A stretch of 64,000 nucleotides of DNA from Solirubrobacterales bacterium. GTDB lineage: Bacteria; Actinomycetota; Thermoleophilia; Solirubrobacterales; 70-9. Positions 8,541-18,009 of this stretch are shown here, one piece after another. Below the pieces are notes generated by a model. It was not told the origin of the DNA. It saw nothing but the letters and a program-made list of their open reading frames with translations, and ran no database searches. The number at the start of each line of letters is the position of its first letter. The first letter of the stretch is position 1. Position numbers and translations under genes: made by a program. Location: the NCBI GenBank assembly GCA_036376895.1, contig DASUZL010000015.1, positions 1,030 to 65,029 on the forward strand, read 5' to 3'.

Positions 8541-9757
8541 GTGTGGCGGCCAGTTCCGGCGGCGAGGCCCTCGGCCCGGCGGCCGTGGCGCTGGCCGAGC
8601 GGGTCCTGCGCGGCAGTTGGGTCGAAGGCGAGCGCGACGACTTCCGCTACCGCTACACCCGTCCCAGCCCCAGCCGCTATCCCTGGCAGTGGTACTGGGA
8701 CTCCTGCTTCGCGGCGATCGTCTGGCGCCGCTTCGCGCCGGAGCGGGCCCGGGCCGAGCTGGAGAGCCTGCTCGGCGCCCAGCGGCCCGACGGCTTCATC
8801 GGCCACACGATCTTCTGGGGCAGCCCGGTCTCGCTGGTGCGGCTCGCCTTCTACAACGTGCCCTCCCGCGCCGCCCTGCAGACGCTGACGATCCAGCCGC
8901 CGCTGCTCGCCTGGGCCTGGCGGATCGCCGTCGGCGACCCGGCGCAGGAGCCGCGGATCGCGGCGCAGATGGAGTGGCTCGCGGCCAACCGCGACCTCAA
9001 GGGCGACGGCCTGCTCTGGATCGTGCAGCCGGACGAGTCCGGCCTCGACGCCTCGCCCAAGTTCGAACCGGTCTGGGGACGGCGCTCCAACGGGCGGATC
9101 GGCTTCCCGCTGCTGGTCCGCGCCAACCGCAAGCTGGGCTGGGACGCCCGCCGCCTGCGCGAGCGCGGCCGGCCGCTGCTCTGCGAGACGCTGGTCAACA
9201 CGATGTGGTCGCTCTCGCTGCAGGCGATGGGCCGCCCCTCGGCGACTCCGGCGCTGGTCGAGCGGCTCTGGGACGAGCGCAGCGGCCTCTTCCTCGACGA
9301 GGTCCAGTCCAGCGGCACCCGCCCGGGCGTCGTCACCTGGGCCTCGCTGGCGCCGCTGGCACTGCCGGACCTGCCGGAGGAGATCGGGCACCGCCTGGTC
9401 AAGGAGCACCTGCTGAACAAGCTCGAGTTCCTCACCCCGGTGGCGCCGCCCTCGGTCGCCGCCTCGGAGCCGAGCTACGAACCCGACGGCGGCCGCGGCC
9501 CGATCCGCCGCTACTGGCGCGGCCCGACCTGGGTCAACTCGGCCTGGATGGTCTGGCTTGGGATGCGCCGTCTCGGCTACGAGCAGGAGGCGCAGCGCCT
9601 GGCCGAGGGCGTGATGGGCGCCACGGTTCGGGAAGGCCTGCGCGAGTACTACGACCCGAACACGGGCAAAGGGCTGGGCGCCAAGGACTTCGCCTGGTCA
9701 GCCCTGGTGGCTGAGCTGGCGGATCCGGACCCGGCGGCGGCGCGAAGCCACCTGTAG
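8537..9757 (+). CDS. six-hairpin glycoside hydrolase, GH63-like (mannosyl-/glucosylglycerate hydrolase family)
   Basis: 406-aa ORF with YPWQWYWDSCF, WIVQPDESGLDASPKF, RYWRGPTWVNSAWMVWLG and EYYDPNTGKGLGAKDFAWSA. The GTG start overlaps the permease stop. Confidence 0.65.
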   Translation: MSVAASSGGEALGPAAVALAERVLRGSWVEGERDDFRYRYTRPSPSRYPWQWYWDSCFAAIVWRRFAPERARAELESLLGAQRPDGFIGHTIFWGSPVSLVRLAFYNVPSRAALQTLTIQPPLLAWAWRIAVGDPAQEPRIAAQMEWLAANRDLKGDGLLWIVQPDESGLDASPKFEPVWGRRSNGRIGFPLLVRANRKLGWDARRLRERGRPLLCETLVNTMWSLSLQAMGRPSATPALVERLWDERSGLFLDEVQSSGTRPGVVTWASLAPLALPDLPEEIGHRLVKEHLLNKLEFLTPVAPPSVAASEPSYEPDGGRGPIRRYWRGPTWVNSAWMVWLGMRRLGYEQEAQRLAEGVMGATVREGLREYYDPNTGKGLGAKDFAWSALVAELADPDPAAARSHL

Positions 9758-9761
9758 GGGC

Positions 9762-9980
9762 CTATTTGTAGCGGTAGGTGATGCGGCCGCGATCGAGGTC
9801 GTACGGGGAGAGCTCGATCTTCACGCGGTCGCCGGGCAGGATGCGGATGTAGTGGCGGCGCATCTTGCCGGAGATGTGACCGAGGACATCGTGGCCGTTA
9901 TCGAGTTTGACGCGGAACATCGTGTTGGGGAGAGCCTCGGTGATCTCCCCCTCCATTTCGATCTTTTCCTCTTTGGCCAT
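9762..9980 (-). CDS. infA: translation initiation factor IF-1
   Basis: 72 aa: [72 protein letters not shown]. Confidence 0.97.
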   Translation of the reverse strand: MAKEEKIEMEGEITEALPNTMFRVKLDNGHDVLGHISGKMRRHYIRILPGDRVKIELSPYDLDRGRITYRYK

Positions 9981-10021
9981 TCGGGCGTGAGCGTACCCGA
10001 AACGCCCTGCACCCCGGGCGC

Positions 10022-11443
10022 TCAGGCCCTGCTCTGGCGCAGATGCTCCAGGGCTGTAGCCGGGTCAGTGACCTCGCCGGCGTACTGGGCCGCCTCCAGC
10101 TCGGCCATCAGCTCACCGAGCTCGGGGCCTTCCTCGACCTCCAGCTCGCGCGCCACCTCATCGCCGCGCAGCAACGGTTTCGGCGGCCCGTCGCGGTGCC
10201 AGTCGAGGCCGGCGGCGATCATCTCCCGAGCTAGGGTGAGGTGCGCTTCGACCATCTCCGGGCTGGCCAGCGGGCCGGCGCCGCGGGCCGAGAGCCGGTC
10301 GGCGACGGTCAGCAGGGTGACGTCAACCGAAACCGAGTCGGTCGCCCGCAGGTAGTCATAGACGCGCCGCGGGGGCAGCGGCATCTCCGGGATCAGGAAG
10401 CCGAGGCGCAGGTGGTGCAGGGTCAGCGCCCGCAGGTGCTGGGTGAGGCGGCGGCTGGCGCGGAGGCGGCGGCAGATCCCGTCGATGATCTCCGCCCCGA
10501 CCTGGTCGTGGCCGCGGAAGCCGACGAAGCCGCCGTGCTCGGCGCGGGTCGCGGGCTTGCCGATGTCGTGGAAGAGGGCGCCGAAGCGCAGGGCGGTGCC
10601 GCGGCTCATCTCGTCGGCGAGCGGTTCCGCCAGCAGCGCCGCGACCTCGATCGCCCGCTGGCCGGCAAAGCGCTCGAGGTCCTGCTCGATCTCCAGCGTG
10701 TGCTCCAGCACCGCCAGCGTGTGGTCGTGGACGTCGAGGTGGTGATTGGGGCCCTGCTCGACCTCGCGCAGCGCGTCCAGCTCAGGGAGGACGACCGGGG
10801 TCAGCCCGAGCTCGGCGAGCAGCGCCAGGCCGCGCAGCGGGTCGGGGCCGCCGAGCAACTGCCGCAGCTCGGCGAGCTGCCGCTCCCCGGCCGGGTCGGC
10901 CGCGGTCGGGGCCGCGGTGCGGGCGAGGCTGACCGTCTCCGGGTCGACCTCGAGGCCGAGCTCGGCCGCCAGCCGCGCTGCCCGCAGCAGCCGCAGCGGG
11001 TCGCCGGCGAAGCTGCCCGCGCCGACCGCGCGCAGGCGGCGGCGCTCGAGGTCGCCGAGCCCGCCGAATGGGTCGAGCGGCTCGCCATCTGCGAGCCCCA
11101 CCGCAACCGCCCCGATCGTGAAGTCGCGTTCCGCCAGGTCGGCCTCGATGCCGCCGCCGCGCAACGGGGTGAGGTCGACCTGGCGATGGGGCTCGTCGGC
11201 GACCGCGCGCCAGGTCCCGAACTCGGCCGAGAGCTCGAAGGAGTGCCCGCCCAGCTCGGAAGCGATCGCGCGGGCGGCAGCGCGCGGCTCGCCGGCGGTG
11301 GCGAGGTCGAGGTCGGCGATCCCCTTGCCGAGCGCCGCGTCGCGCACGGCGCCGCCGACGATCCAGGTTTCCTCGCCTTCCCCCAGGGCCCGCCGCACGG
11401 CCGCCACCAGCGGCGCCGCCCGCAGGTCGTCGCCGAGGCTCAC
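10022..11443 (-). CDS. cca: CCA-adding tRNA nucleotidyltransferase / poly(A) polymerase family with HD domain
   Basis: ORF 10022..11896 trimmed to the GTG at 11443, which overlaps the alr stop (GTGA). Contains [20 protein letters not shown] and the HD motif LFHDIGKP. Confidence 0.8.
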   Translation of the reverse strand: MSLGDDLRAAPLVAAVRRALGEGEETWIVGGAVRDAALGKGIADLDLATAGEPRAAARAIASELGGHSFELSAEFGTWRAVADEPHRQVDLTPLRGGGIEADLAERDFTIGAVAVGLADGEPLDPFGGLGDLERRRLRAVGAGSFAGDPLRLLRAARLAAELGLEVDPETVSLARTAAPTAADPAGERQLAELRQLLGGPDPLRGLALLAELGLTPVVLPELDALREVEQGPNHHLDVHDHTLAVLEHTLEIEQDLERFAGQRAIEVAALLAEPLADEMSRGTALRFGALFHDIGKPATRAEHGGFVGFRGHDQVGAEIIDGICRRLRASRRLTQHLRALTLHHLRLGFLIPEMPLPPRRVYDYLRATDSVSVDVTLLTVADRLSARGAGPLASPEMVEAHLTLAREMIAAGLDWHRDGPPKPLLRGDEVARELEVEEGPELGELMAELEAAQYAGEVTDPATALEHLRQSRA

Positions 11444-12546
11444 GCCGGCCGCCGCGGCACCCGGGCAGAGATCCCGCAGGTGACCTCGTAGTTGATCGTG
11501 CCGAGCCGGGCAGCCAGCTCCTCGGCGAAGATCCGCTCCTCCCCCTGGGCGCCGATCAAGACCACCTCGGCGCCGGGCTCGATCCCGCCCTCGGGACCGA
11601 GGTCGATCGTCACGTTGTCCATCGAGACGGTGCCGACCAGGGGCCGGCGGCGGCCGCCGACCAGGACCTCGGCGTTGTTGCTGAGGCCACGGCGGACCCC
11701 GTCCCCGTAGCCGAGCGGGACGACGCCGACGAAGGTCTCCTCCGGCGCCGCCCAGGTCTGGCCGTACCCAGCCGTCGTCCCCGCCGCAAAGCGCTTGACG
11801 TCGGCGACATAGGAGCGCAGCGAGAGCACCGGCTGCAGGCCGCGCTCCGCCGGGTCGCCCTGGAAGGGATCGAGGCCGTAGAGCGCGACCCCACACCGCG
11901 CCATGTCGTAGTGCGAGCGGCGGTCGCGATAGACGGCGGCGCTGTTGGCTGCGTGGATGAGGGTGCCGGGGAACTCGGAGCGGACCGTCGCGGCGACGCG
12001 GTCGAAGCGCTCCAACTGCTCATCGAAGTAGGTGGAGTCCGGTTCGTCTGCAGTGGCGAAGTGGGTCCAGACCCCGGCCAGCTCGAGGTTGGGATCGGCC
12101 GCGCAGGCGCGGGCCAGGGCCAGCACCTCATCCGGGTCGGGGTTGCCGAGCCGGCCCATGCCGGTGTCGTACTTGACGTGGACCCGAGCGGGACGGCCGC
12201 GGGAGCGCGCCCGTTCGGCCAGCAGGGCGCGGAAGTCCTCACGCCAGACCGCCAGCTCCGCCCCCGCCCAGAGCGCGACTTCGACCTCCTCGGCGCTGAG
12301 CGCGCCCATCGTCAGCAGGGGGATATGCGGGAAGACGCGGCCGAGTTCCTCGGCCTCGACCGCGGTCGCCACCGCCAGTCGGGTGGCGCCGCCCTCCAGC
12401 GCCGCCGCGGCGACGGCCTCGGCCCCATGTCCATAGGCATCGGCCTTGACCACTGCGCAGAGCTCGGCCCCGTCGAGCTCGGCCTTCAGCCGGGCGCAGT
12501 TCGCCCGCACAGCGTCGAGCTCGATCCGGGCGAGCGCCCGCTCCAT
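11440..12546 (-). CDS. alr: alanine racemase
   Basis: 368 aa with the PLP-lysine motif AVVKADAYGHGA and the typical C-terminal beta domain. Confidence 0.92.
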   Translation of the reverse strand: MERALARIELDAVRANCARLKAELDGAELCAVVKADAYGHGAEAVAAAALEGGATRLAVATAVEAEELGRVFPHIPLLTMGALSAEEVEVALWAGAELAVWREDFRALLAERARSRGRPARVHVKYDTGMGRLGNPDPDEVLALARACAADPNLELAGVWTHFATADEPDSTYFDEQLERFDRVAATVRSEFPGTLIHAANSAAVYRDRRSHYDMARCGVALYGLDPFQGDPAERGLQPVLSLRSYVADVKRFAAGTTAGYGQTWAAPEETFVGVVPLGYGDGVRRGLSNNAEVLVGGRRRPLVGTVSMDNVTIDLGPEGGIEPGAEVVLIGAQGEERIFAEELAARLGTINYEVTCGISARVPRRPA

Positions 12547-12550
12547 CGTC

Positions 12551-13015
12551 CTACTCGTCGTCGACGAGGGCGGCGAGGGCGTCGGCCCGGGTGACCATGC
12601 CCGCCAAGTACCCGTCGGCGTCCACCACGGGAAGGTGATTGTGGTGCTTGTCGGCGATCTTCTTTGCGACCCGGTCCGCAGCTTCGTAGTCGTGGGCGAC
12701 GATCGGGTCGGCCGTCATCAGCTCCGAGACTTTGGTGGCGAAGGCCTTTTCGAGCCGCTCCTCAAAGCCCTTCATCGAGCCGACAAAGACGACCCCGCCC
12801 ATGATGTTGAGGTAGTGCGGCAGGTGGAGGTCGGACTCCTCCTCGCTGAGGATCAGGTCGGACTCGCTGACGATCCCGACCACCTTGCGGTCATCGTCGA
12901 TCACCGGGACGGCGCCGAGCTCGGACTTGGAGAGCAGGTCGATCACCGCGCGGGCATCTTCGTCCGGCTTCACGGTCGGCACGTCGGCGTCCATGATCTC
13001 CGCAACGGTCTTCAT
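12551..13015 (-). CDS. CBS-pair domain protein
   Basis: The internal ATG at 13015 of ORF 12551..13966 gives 154 aa (MKTVAEIMDADVPTVKPDEDARAVIDLL...). Two CBS repeats are present. The upstream part of the ORF is Arg/Gly shadow. Confidence 0.8.
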   Translation of the reverse strand: MKTVAEIMDADVPTVKPDEDARAVIDLLSKSELGAVPVIDDDRKVVGIVSESDLILSEEESDLHLPHYLNIMGGVVFVGSMKGFEERLEKAFATKVSELMTADPIVAHDYEAADRVAKKIADKHHNHLPVVDADGYLAGMVTRADALAALVDDE

Positions 13016-13026
13016 CGCCGCCGAGG

Positions 13027-14496
13027 TTATTCGACCGCGGCGGCGGCACGCATCCCCGCCGGTACCGAGTCGATCACATCGGTGGCGATCACCGCCTCGG
13101 CCGATCCGATCCGGGCGGCCGCGTCGCGGCCGGCGCGGGCGTGGGCGACGACGGCCGCACAGGCGGCCGCGAACGGCTCCAGGCCGCGGGCCAGGAGCGC
13201 CGCGGCGATCCCGGAGAGCACGTCGCCGCTGCCGGCGGTGGCGAGGCCCGGGGCGGAAATCGCGTTGACCGCGACGCGCTCGCCGTCGCAGACGATCGTG
13301 TCGTCGCCCTTGAGCACGATGACCGCGCCGCTGGCCACCGCGGCCTCCCGCGCCGCCGCCAGCCGGTGGGCCGCGACCTGCTCGGAATCGCGCTCCAGCA
13401 GCCGGCCCAGCTCGCCCGCGTGCGGGGTGAGGATGGTCGGCGCCGAGCGGCTGGCGAGCTCGTCGAGGCGGCCGGCGAAGGCGTTGAGCCCGTCGGCGTC
13501 GATCACCAGCGGGCAGCCGATCTTCGGGCCCACCGCCCGGGCCAGCTCCAGCGAGCCGGGGTCGCGCCCGAGCCCCGGGCCCAGCACGCCGGCAGCGGCC
13601 GGCTCGAAGGCCTTCAGCACCGCCTTCTCGGAGACCGGGACGAGGCAGCCGTCGCCGCCGGGGCAGGCGGCCGACATCACCTCCGGCTGGGCGATCTCGA
13701 AGACCAGCTCGAGGTCGGCGGGGACGGCGACGGTCGCGTAGCCGGCGCCGGCCCGGATCGCCGCCAACGAGGACATCCGCACCGCCCCGGTCAACCCGCG
13801 CGAGCCGCCGGCGACCGTCACCTGGCCGGAGCTGAACTTGGTCGAGCGCGGCCCGCGCCCGGGCAGGAGGGAGAGCACGGCGGCGTCGATCGTGCCGCCG
13901 GCCGGCGCCGGCGGCGCTCCCGACGGGATCCCGATCGGGACCACCCGCAGCTCGCCGGTGTGCCACTTCCCCGGCGCGATCCGCTGTCCCAGCTTGGCCG
14001 CGTGGAAGCTGACAGTGAGATCGGCCTCGACCGCTGCCCCTGCGATCTCGCCGCTTGAAGCGTCGACTCCGGAGGCGATGTCGCAGGCGACAACCGGCGC
14101 GCCGCAGCGGTTGATCGCCTCGATCGCGCCGGCGGCCGGGTCCCGCGGCGCCCCCGCGAACCCGGTCCCGAAGATCGCGTCGACGACCGCGCCGGAGCCG
14201 GCGAGCCAGGCATCGAGATCGCTGGGCACGTCACCAGACCAGAGCTCGACCGCCTCCACCTCGAACCCCATCCCCCGCAGGCGCCGCTCGGCAACCAGCC
14301 CGTCGCCCCCGTTGTTGCCTTTTCCACAGACGATCCGAACCGGCCCTTGCGGCGCCAGCCCCGCCACCGCCTCCGCGAGCGCGGTCCCGGCGGTCTCCAT
14401 CAGCTCCTCGCCCGGAACCCCCTGCTCCTCGATCGCCCAGGCGTCAACCGCCCGCATCCCCTCCGCGTCGAACAAGGGCCGCAGCCAAGACTCCAT
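13027..14496 (-). CDS. nnr: bifunctional NAD(P)H-hydrate repair enzyme (epimerase + ADP-dependent dehydratase)
   Basis: 489 aa. The N-terminal YjeF_N part carries CGKGNNGGDG, and the C-terminal part is a ribokinase-like dehydratase domain. Confidence 0.9.
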   Translation of the reverse strand: MESWLRPLFDAEGMRAVDAWAIEEQGVPGEELMETAGTALAEAVAGLAPQGPVRIVCGKGNNGGDGLVAERRLRGMGFEVEAVELWSGDVPSDLDAWLAGSGAVVDAIFGTGFAGAPRDPAAGAIEAINRCGAPVVACDIASGVDASSGEIAGAAVEADLTVSFHAAKLGQRIAPGKWHTGELRVVPIGIPSGAPPAPAGGTIDAAVLSLLPGRGPRSTKFSSGQVTVAGGSRGLTGAVRMSSLAAIRAGAGYATVAVPADLELVFEIAQPEVMSAACPGGDGCLVPVSEKAVLKAFEPAAAGVLGPGLGRDPGSLELARAVGPKIGCPLVIDADGLNAFAGRLDELASRSAPTILTPHAGELGRLLERDSEQVAAHRLAAAREAAVASGAVIVLKGDDTIVCDGERVAVNAISAPGLATAGSGDVLSGIAAALLARGLEPFAAACAAVVAHARAGRDAAARIGSAEAVIATDVIDSVPAGMRAAAAVE

Positions 14497-14536
14497 CCGC
14501 GCAGCCTAGCTGCGCGGTCTAGGCATTCTGGCTGGA

Positions 14537-14605
14537 ATGATCTTTTGATCTTTAGAAAAGATCATGGAAGTTTCTATTTGATACTTTCAAAACATCATGA
14601 TCTTT
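14537..14605 (+). promoter_or_regulatory. AT-rich control region of the Fic gene with a GATCTTT repeat array (candidate operator)
   Basis: ATGATCTTTT (14537..14546) and its perfect inverted copy AAAAGATCAT (14556..14565) are separated by a 9-nt spacer that itself contains GATCTTT. A further direct copy, ATGATCTTT (14597..14605), starts at the Fic ATG. Confidence 0.4.
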
Positions 14606-15769
14606 CAGACGCCCGATCTGCGCGACGACGACATCGAAGTCCTCGACCTCCTCTCCGAACAGAGGGAGACCCTGCGCGACCGCGTTGCAGAGCCGCGCCG
14701 GTGGTCGGGGACGCTGCGGAGGATGGCCTTCGCCCGGGCGGTCCAGGGCTCTAACAGCATCGAGGGCTTCAACGCCTCGCTCGACGACGTAGTCGCCGCT
14801 GTTGACGACGAACCCACCCTCGCTGCCGAGGAGGAGACCCAGCTGGCCCTGGCCGGCTACCGGGACGCGATGACCTACGTCCTCCAGATCGCCGACGACG
14901 AGAGCCTCGAGATCGACGAGGGACTGCTGAAGAGCCTCCATTTCATGATGCTCAAGTACGACCTTGGCAAGCACCCCGGTCGTTGGCGGCCGGGGCCAAT
15001 CTTCATTCGCCGCGAAGCGGACGAGGAGATCGTCTACGAGGGGCCGGAAAGTGCCGGGCTTCCAGACCTGATCGCCGAGATGGTCGCGGCTCAAAACGAG
15101 GACGATGGTCCGGTCGTCGTCAAGGCGGCAATGGCGCATCTCAACCTGACGATGATCCATCCCTTCAGTGACGGCAACGGCCGAATGGCGAGGTGCCTGC
15201 AAACCCTGATCCTGGCGAGAGACCGTGTCGTGGCGCCCGTCTTCTCCAGCATCGAGGAGTTCCTGGGTCGCAACACCGAGGCCTATTACGCCGTGCTCGA
15301 AGAGGTTGGGGCCGGAAGCTGGAATCCCCAGCGGGACGCCCGCCCCTGGGTGCGCTTCTGCATGCGGGCCCACTACCTACAGGCAACGACGACGATGCGC
15401 CGCCGCGGCGAGCTCGAGCGCCTCTGGAACTCCTGCGTCGAGATCGCGGAAGGGAATCAGCTGCCGGAACGTTGCGCTGCCGGGCTGATGGACGCCGCGA
15501 TCGGCCTGCGGATCCGCCGCAGGAGCTATCGCGCCTCCGCCGCTACCGCAGTGGGCGACGACATGAGCGACCTAACTGCAACCCGCGACCTGAAGGCAAT
15601 GGTTGACAAGGGCCTCTTAGAGGCGGTCGGAGAGCGCCGGGCTCGCTACTACCTGGCGGGCGACCTTTTGACGCTGCTGCGTCAGGAGATCCGAGAGGCA
15701 CGGCCGCCGAGGAGCGAAGAGGACCCATTCCGGATTGTCCAGGAGCGGCGGCAGCTCAAGCTGGCCTGA
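14597..15769 (+). CDS. Fic family protein (class II, AMPylation-type motif, C-terminal winged helix)
   Basis: 390 aa. The Fic motif HPFSDGNGRMAR matches HxFx(D/E)GNGRxxR. The N-terminal inhibitory-helix motif SNSIEG matches (S/T)xxxE(G/N). The C-terminus ...TRDLKAMVDKGLLEAVGERRARYYLAG is present. Confidence 0.9.
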   Translation: MIFQTPDLRDDDIEVLDLLSEQRETLRDRVAEPRRWSGTLRRMAFARAVQGSNSIEGFNASLDDVVAAVDDEPTLAAEEETQLALAGYRDAMTYVLQIADDESLEIDEGLLKSLHFMMLKYDLGKHPGRWRPGPIFIRREADEEIVYEGPESAGLPDLIAEMVAAQNEDDGPVVVKAAMAHLNLTMIHPFSDGNGRMARCLQTLILARDRVVAPVFSSIEEFLGRNTEAYYAVLEEVGAGSWNPQRDARPWVRFCMRAHYLQATTTMRRRGELERLWNSCVEIAEGNQLPERCAAGLMDAAIGLRIRRRSYRASAATAVGDDMSDLTATRDLKAMVDKGLLEAVGERRARYYLAGDLLTLLRQEIREARPPRSEEDPFRIVQERRQLKLA

Positions 15770-16123
15770 TCAGGGAGAGGCAACAAATGCGACGGCGGCG
15801 GCGTTGTCGCGCGAGTGCGTGAGGGAAATCGCGATCTCGCGGCCCGCCGCCACCTCGGCTGCGTGGCCGCTGAGACGCACCGTCGGCGGTTCGCCGGCGA
15901 CGATCTCGATCTCGCGCAGACCGAAGCCGCCAGTCAGTCCCAGCGCCTTGACGACCGCCTCCTTGGCGGCGAAGCGCGCGGCGAGATGGCGCCCCGGCCG
16001 GCCCTTGGCGCGGGCGTAGACCAGCTCTCCCTCGGTGAAGACGCGATCGGCGAGGCGTGGGTGGCGCTCCAGCGCCCGCTCCATCCGCTCGATCTCGAGC
16101 AGGTCGATGCCGACGCCGGTCAA
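15770..16123 (-). CDS. acpS: holo-[acyl-carrier-protein] synthase
   Basis: ORF 15770..16291 trimmed to the TTG at 16123, with AGGAGCGG just upstream. Sequence: LTGVGIDLLEIERMERAL...FAAKEAVVKALG...ISLTHS. Lies 10 nt downstream of the glmS stop. Confidence 0.85.
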   Translation of the reverse strand: MTGVGIDLLEIERMERALERHPRLADRVFTEGELVYARAKGRPGRHLAARFAAKEAVVKALGLTGGFGLREIEIVAGEPPTVRLSGHAAEVAAGREIAISLTHSRDNAAAVAFVASP

Positions 16124-16133
16124 CCCGCCGCTC

Positions 16134-17978
16134 CTACTCGACGGTGACGGTCTTGGCCAGGTTCCGCGGCTGGTCGACGTTGAGGCCGCGGGCGCGGGCG
16201 ATGTCGTAGGCGAGCAGCTGCAGCGGCAGGATCGCGACGATCGGCTGCAGGATCCAGTCGGTGCGGGCGACCTCGATCGTCTCGTCGGCAACTTCGCCGG
16301 CGCGCTCTGAGCCGGCGGTCGCGATCCCGATCGTCTGGGCGCCGCGGGCGCGCACCTCTTCGACGTTGGAGAGGATCTTCTCCAGCACCGGGCTGTCGGT
16401 GGCGACGCAGACCACCGGAGTCGACTCGTCGAGCAAGGCGATCGGGCCGTGCTTCATCTCCCCCGCCGCGTAGGCGTCGGTGGGGATGTAGGAGACCTCC
16501 TTCAGCTTCAGCGCCCCCTCGAGGCAGACCGGCAGGCCGATGTGGCGGCCGAGGTAGAGGAAGAAGTCCTGGTCGGAGTGGGCGGCGGAAACGGCGGCGA
16601 CCCCCTCCTCGCACATCTCCAGCGTCTCTTCGACCTTCGACGGCAGTCCCTTCAGCGCCGCGACCAGCTCGGCGATCCGCGGCGCCGGCAGCGAGCCGCG
16701 CAGCTGCGCCAGCCGCAGCCCAAACAGGTACATCGCCGCCACCTGGGCGACAAAGGTCTTGGTCGCGGCGACGCTGATCTCCAACCCGGCGCGGGTGTAG
16801 AGGACGGCGTCGGCTTCGCGGGTGACCTGGCTGCCCATGATGTTGGTGACGGCGAGGACGGTGGCGCCGGCCTCGCGGGCCAGCCGCATCGCCGCCAGCG
16901 TGTCCGCGGTCTCGCCCGACTGGGTCATCCCGATCACCAGATCGCCAGGGCCGACGACCGGGTTGCGGTAGCGGTACTCGGAGGCGATGTCCATTTCGAC
17001 CGGCACCCGCGCCCACTCCTCGATCGCGTAACGGCCGATCAAACCGGCGTGGTAGGAGGTGCCGCAGGCGACGATCACGATCCGCCGCACGTCGCGCAGG
17101 AACTCGTCGTCGAGCTCGACGTCGGAGAGGTCGACCCCGTCGTCCTCGGGCAGGCGGTCAGCGATCGTCTCGGCGACGGCGTCGGCCTGTTCGTGGATCT
17201 CCTTCAGCATGAAGGTCTCATAGCCGCCCTTCTCGGCCGCATCCTCGTCCCAGGTCACCTCTTCGGAGCTGCGCTCGACCGGGGTGCCCTCGGCGTCGGT
17301 GATGCGGATGCCCTCGGCGTCGATCTCGACGATCTCGCCGTTTTCGATCTGCATCGCGACCCGGGTGTCGGCTAGGAAGGCGGGGATGGCGGAGGCGAGG
17401 AAGGTCTCGCCCTCGCCGACGCCGGCGACCAGCGGACACTCCTTGCGGGCCCCGACCAGGCGCCCGGGCTCGTCGGCGTGCATGGCGACGAAGGCGTAGT
17501 GGCCGCGCAGGTCGGCGTAGGCCGCCCGCACCGCCGCCGTCAGGTCGCCGTCGTAGTGGCTGGCGATCAGGTGGGCGACCACCTCGGCGTCGGTCTCGGA
17601 GGTGAACTCCTCCCCCGCCGCCTGCAGCTCGCGGCGCAGCCCGGCGTGGTTCTCGACGATCCCGTTGAGGACGATGTGGACGCGGCCGGAGCTGTCGTCG
17701 TGCGGGTGGGCGTTGGCCTCGGTGACGCGACCGTGGGTCGCCCAGCGGGTGTGGGCGATGCCGGTCTGGGCGGGAGAGGCGCCTTTGCCGTTGGCCCGCT
17801 CCTCCACCGCGGCGCGCAGTTTTTCCAGGTTGCCGACCGCGTGCACGCTCTCGACCTCGCCGTTCTCGAGCATCGAGAGACCCGCGGAGTCATAGCCGCG
17901 GTATTCCAGCTTTTCGAGGCCGCTGAGCAGCAGCTCCTCACAGGGCCGCCCACCGACGTATCCAACGATTCCGCACAT
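16134..17978 (-). CDS. glmS: glutamine--fructose-6-phosphate aminotransferase
   Basis: 614 aa. Starts MCGIVGYVGG (Ntn Cys), has two SIS domains and ends ...LAKTVTVE. Confidence 0.97.
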   Translation of the reverse strand: MCGIVGYVGGRPCEELLLSGLEKLEYRGYDSAGLSMLENGEVESVHAVGNLEKLRAAVEERANGKGASPAQTGIAHTRWATHGRVTEANAHPHDDSSGRVHIVLNGIVENHAGLRRELQAAGEEFTSETDAEVVAHLIASHYDGDLTAAVRAAYADLRGHYAFVAMHADEPGRLVGARKECPLVAGVGEGETFLASAIPAFLADTRVAMQIENGEIVEIDAEGIRITDAEGTPVERSSEEVTWDEDAAEKGGYETFMLKEIHEQADAVAETIADRLPEDDGVDLSDVELDDEFLRDVRRIVIVACGTSYHAGLIGRYAIEEWARVPVEMDIASEYRYRNPVVGPGDLVIGMTQSGETADTLAAMRLAREAGATVLAVTNIMGSQVTREADAVLYTRAGLEISVAATKTFVAQVAAMYLFGLRLAQLRGSLPAPRIAELVAALKGLPSKVEETLEMCEEGVAAVSAAHSDQDFFLYLGRHIGLPVCLEGALKLKEVSYIPTDAYAAGEMKHGPIALLDESTPVVCVATDSPVLEKILSNVEEVRARGAQTIGIATAGSERAGEVADETIEVARTDWILQPIVAILPLQLLAYDIARARGLNVDQPRNLAKTVTVE

Positions 17979-18009
17979 GGGGGGCGATTAAGAGTAAACG
18001 CCGGAGCGC

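Noticed and set aside
14497-15800. Mobile element or integrative island carrying the Fic gene
   Set aside because: No integrase, transposase, tRNA attachment site or flanking direct or inverted terminal repeats could be found. Only the compositional shift supports foreign origin, so it is not called a mobile element.
17979-18009. Possible glmS ribozyme upstream of glmS
   Set aside because: Only 31 nt separate the glmM stop from the glmS start, too short for the ribozyme. glmS is simply co-transcribed with glmM.
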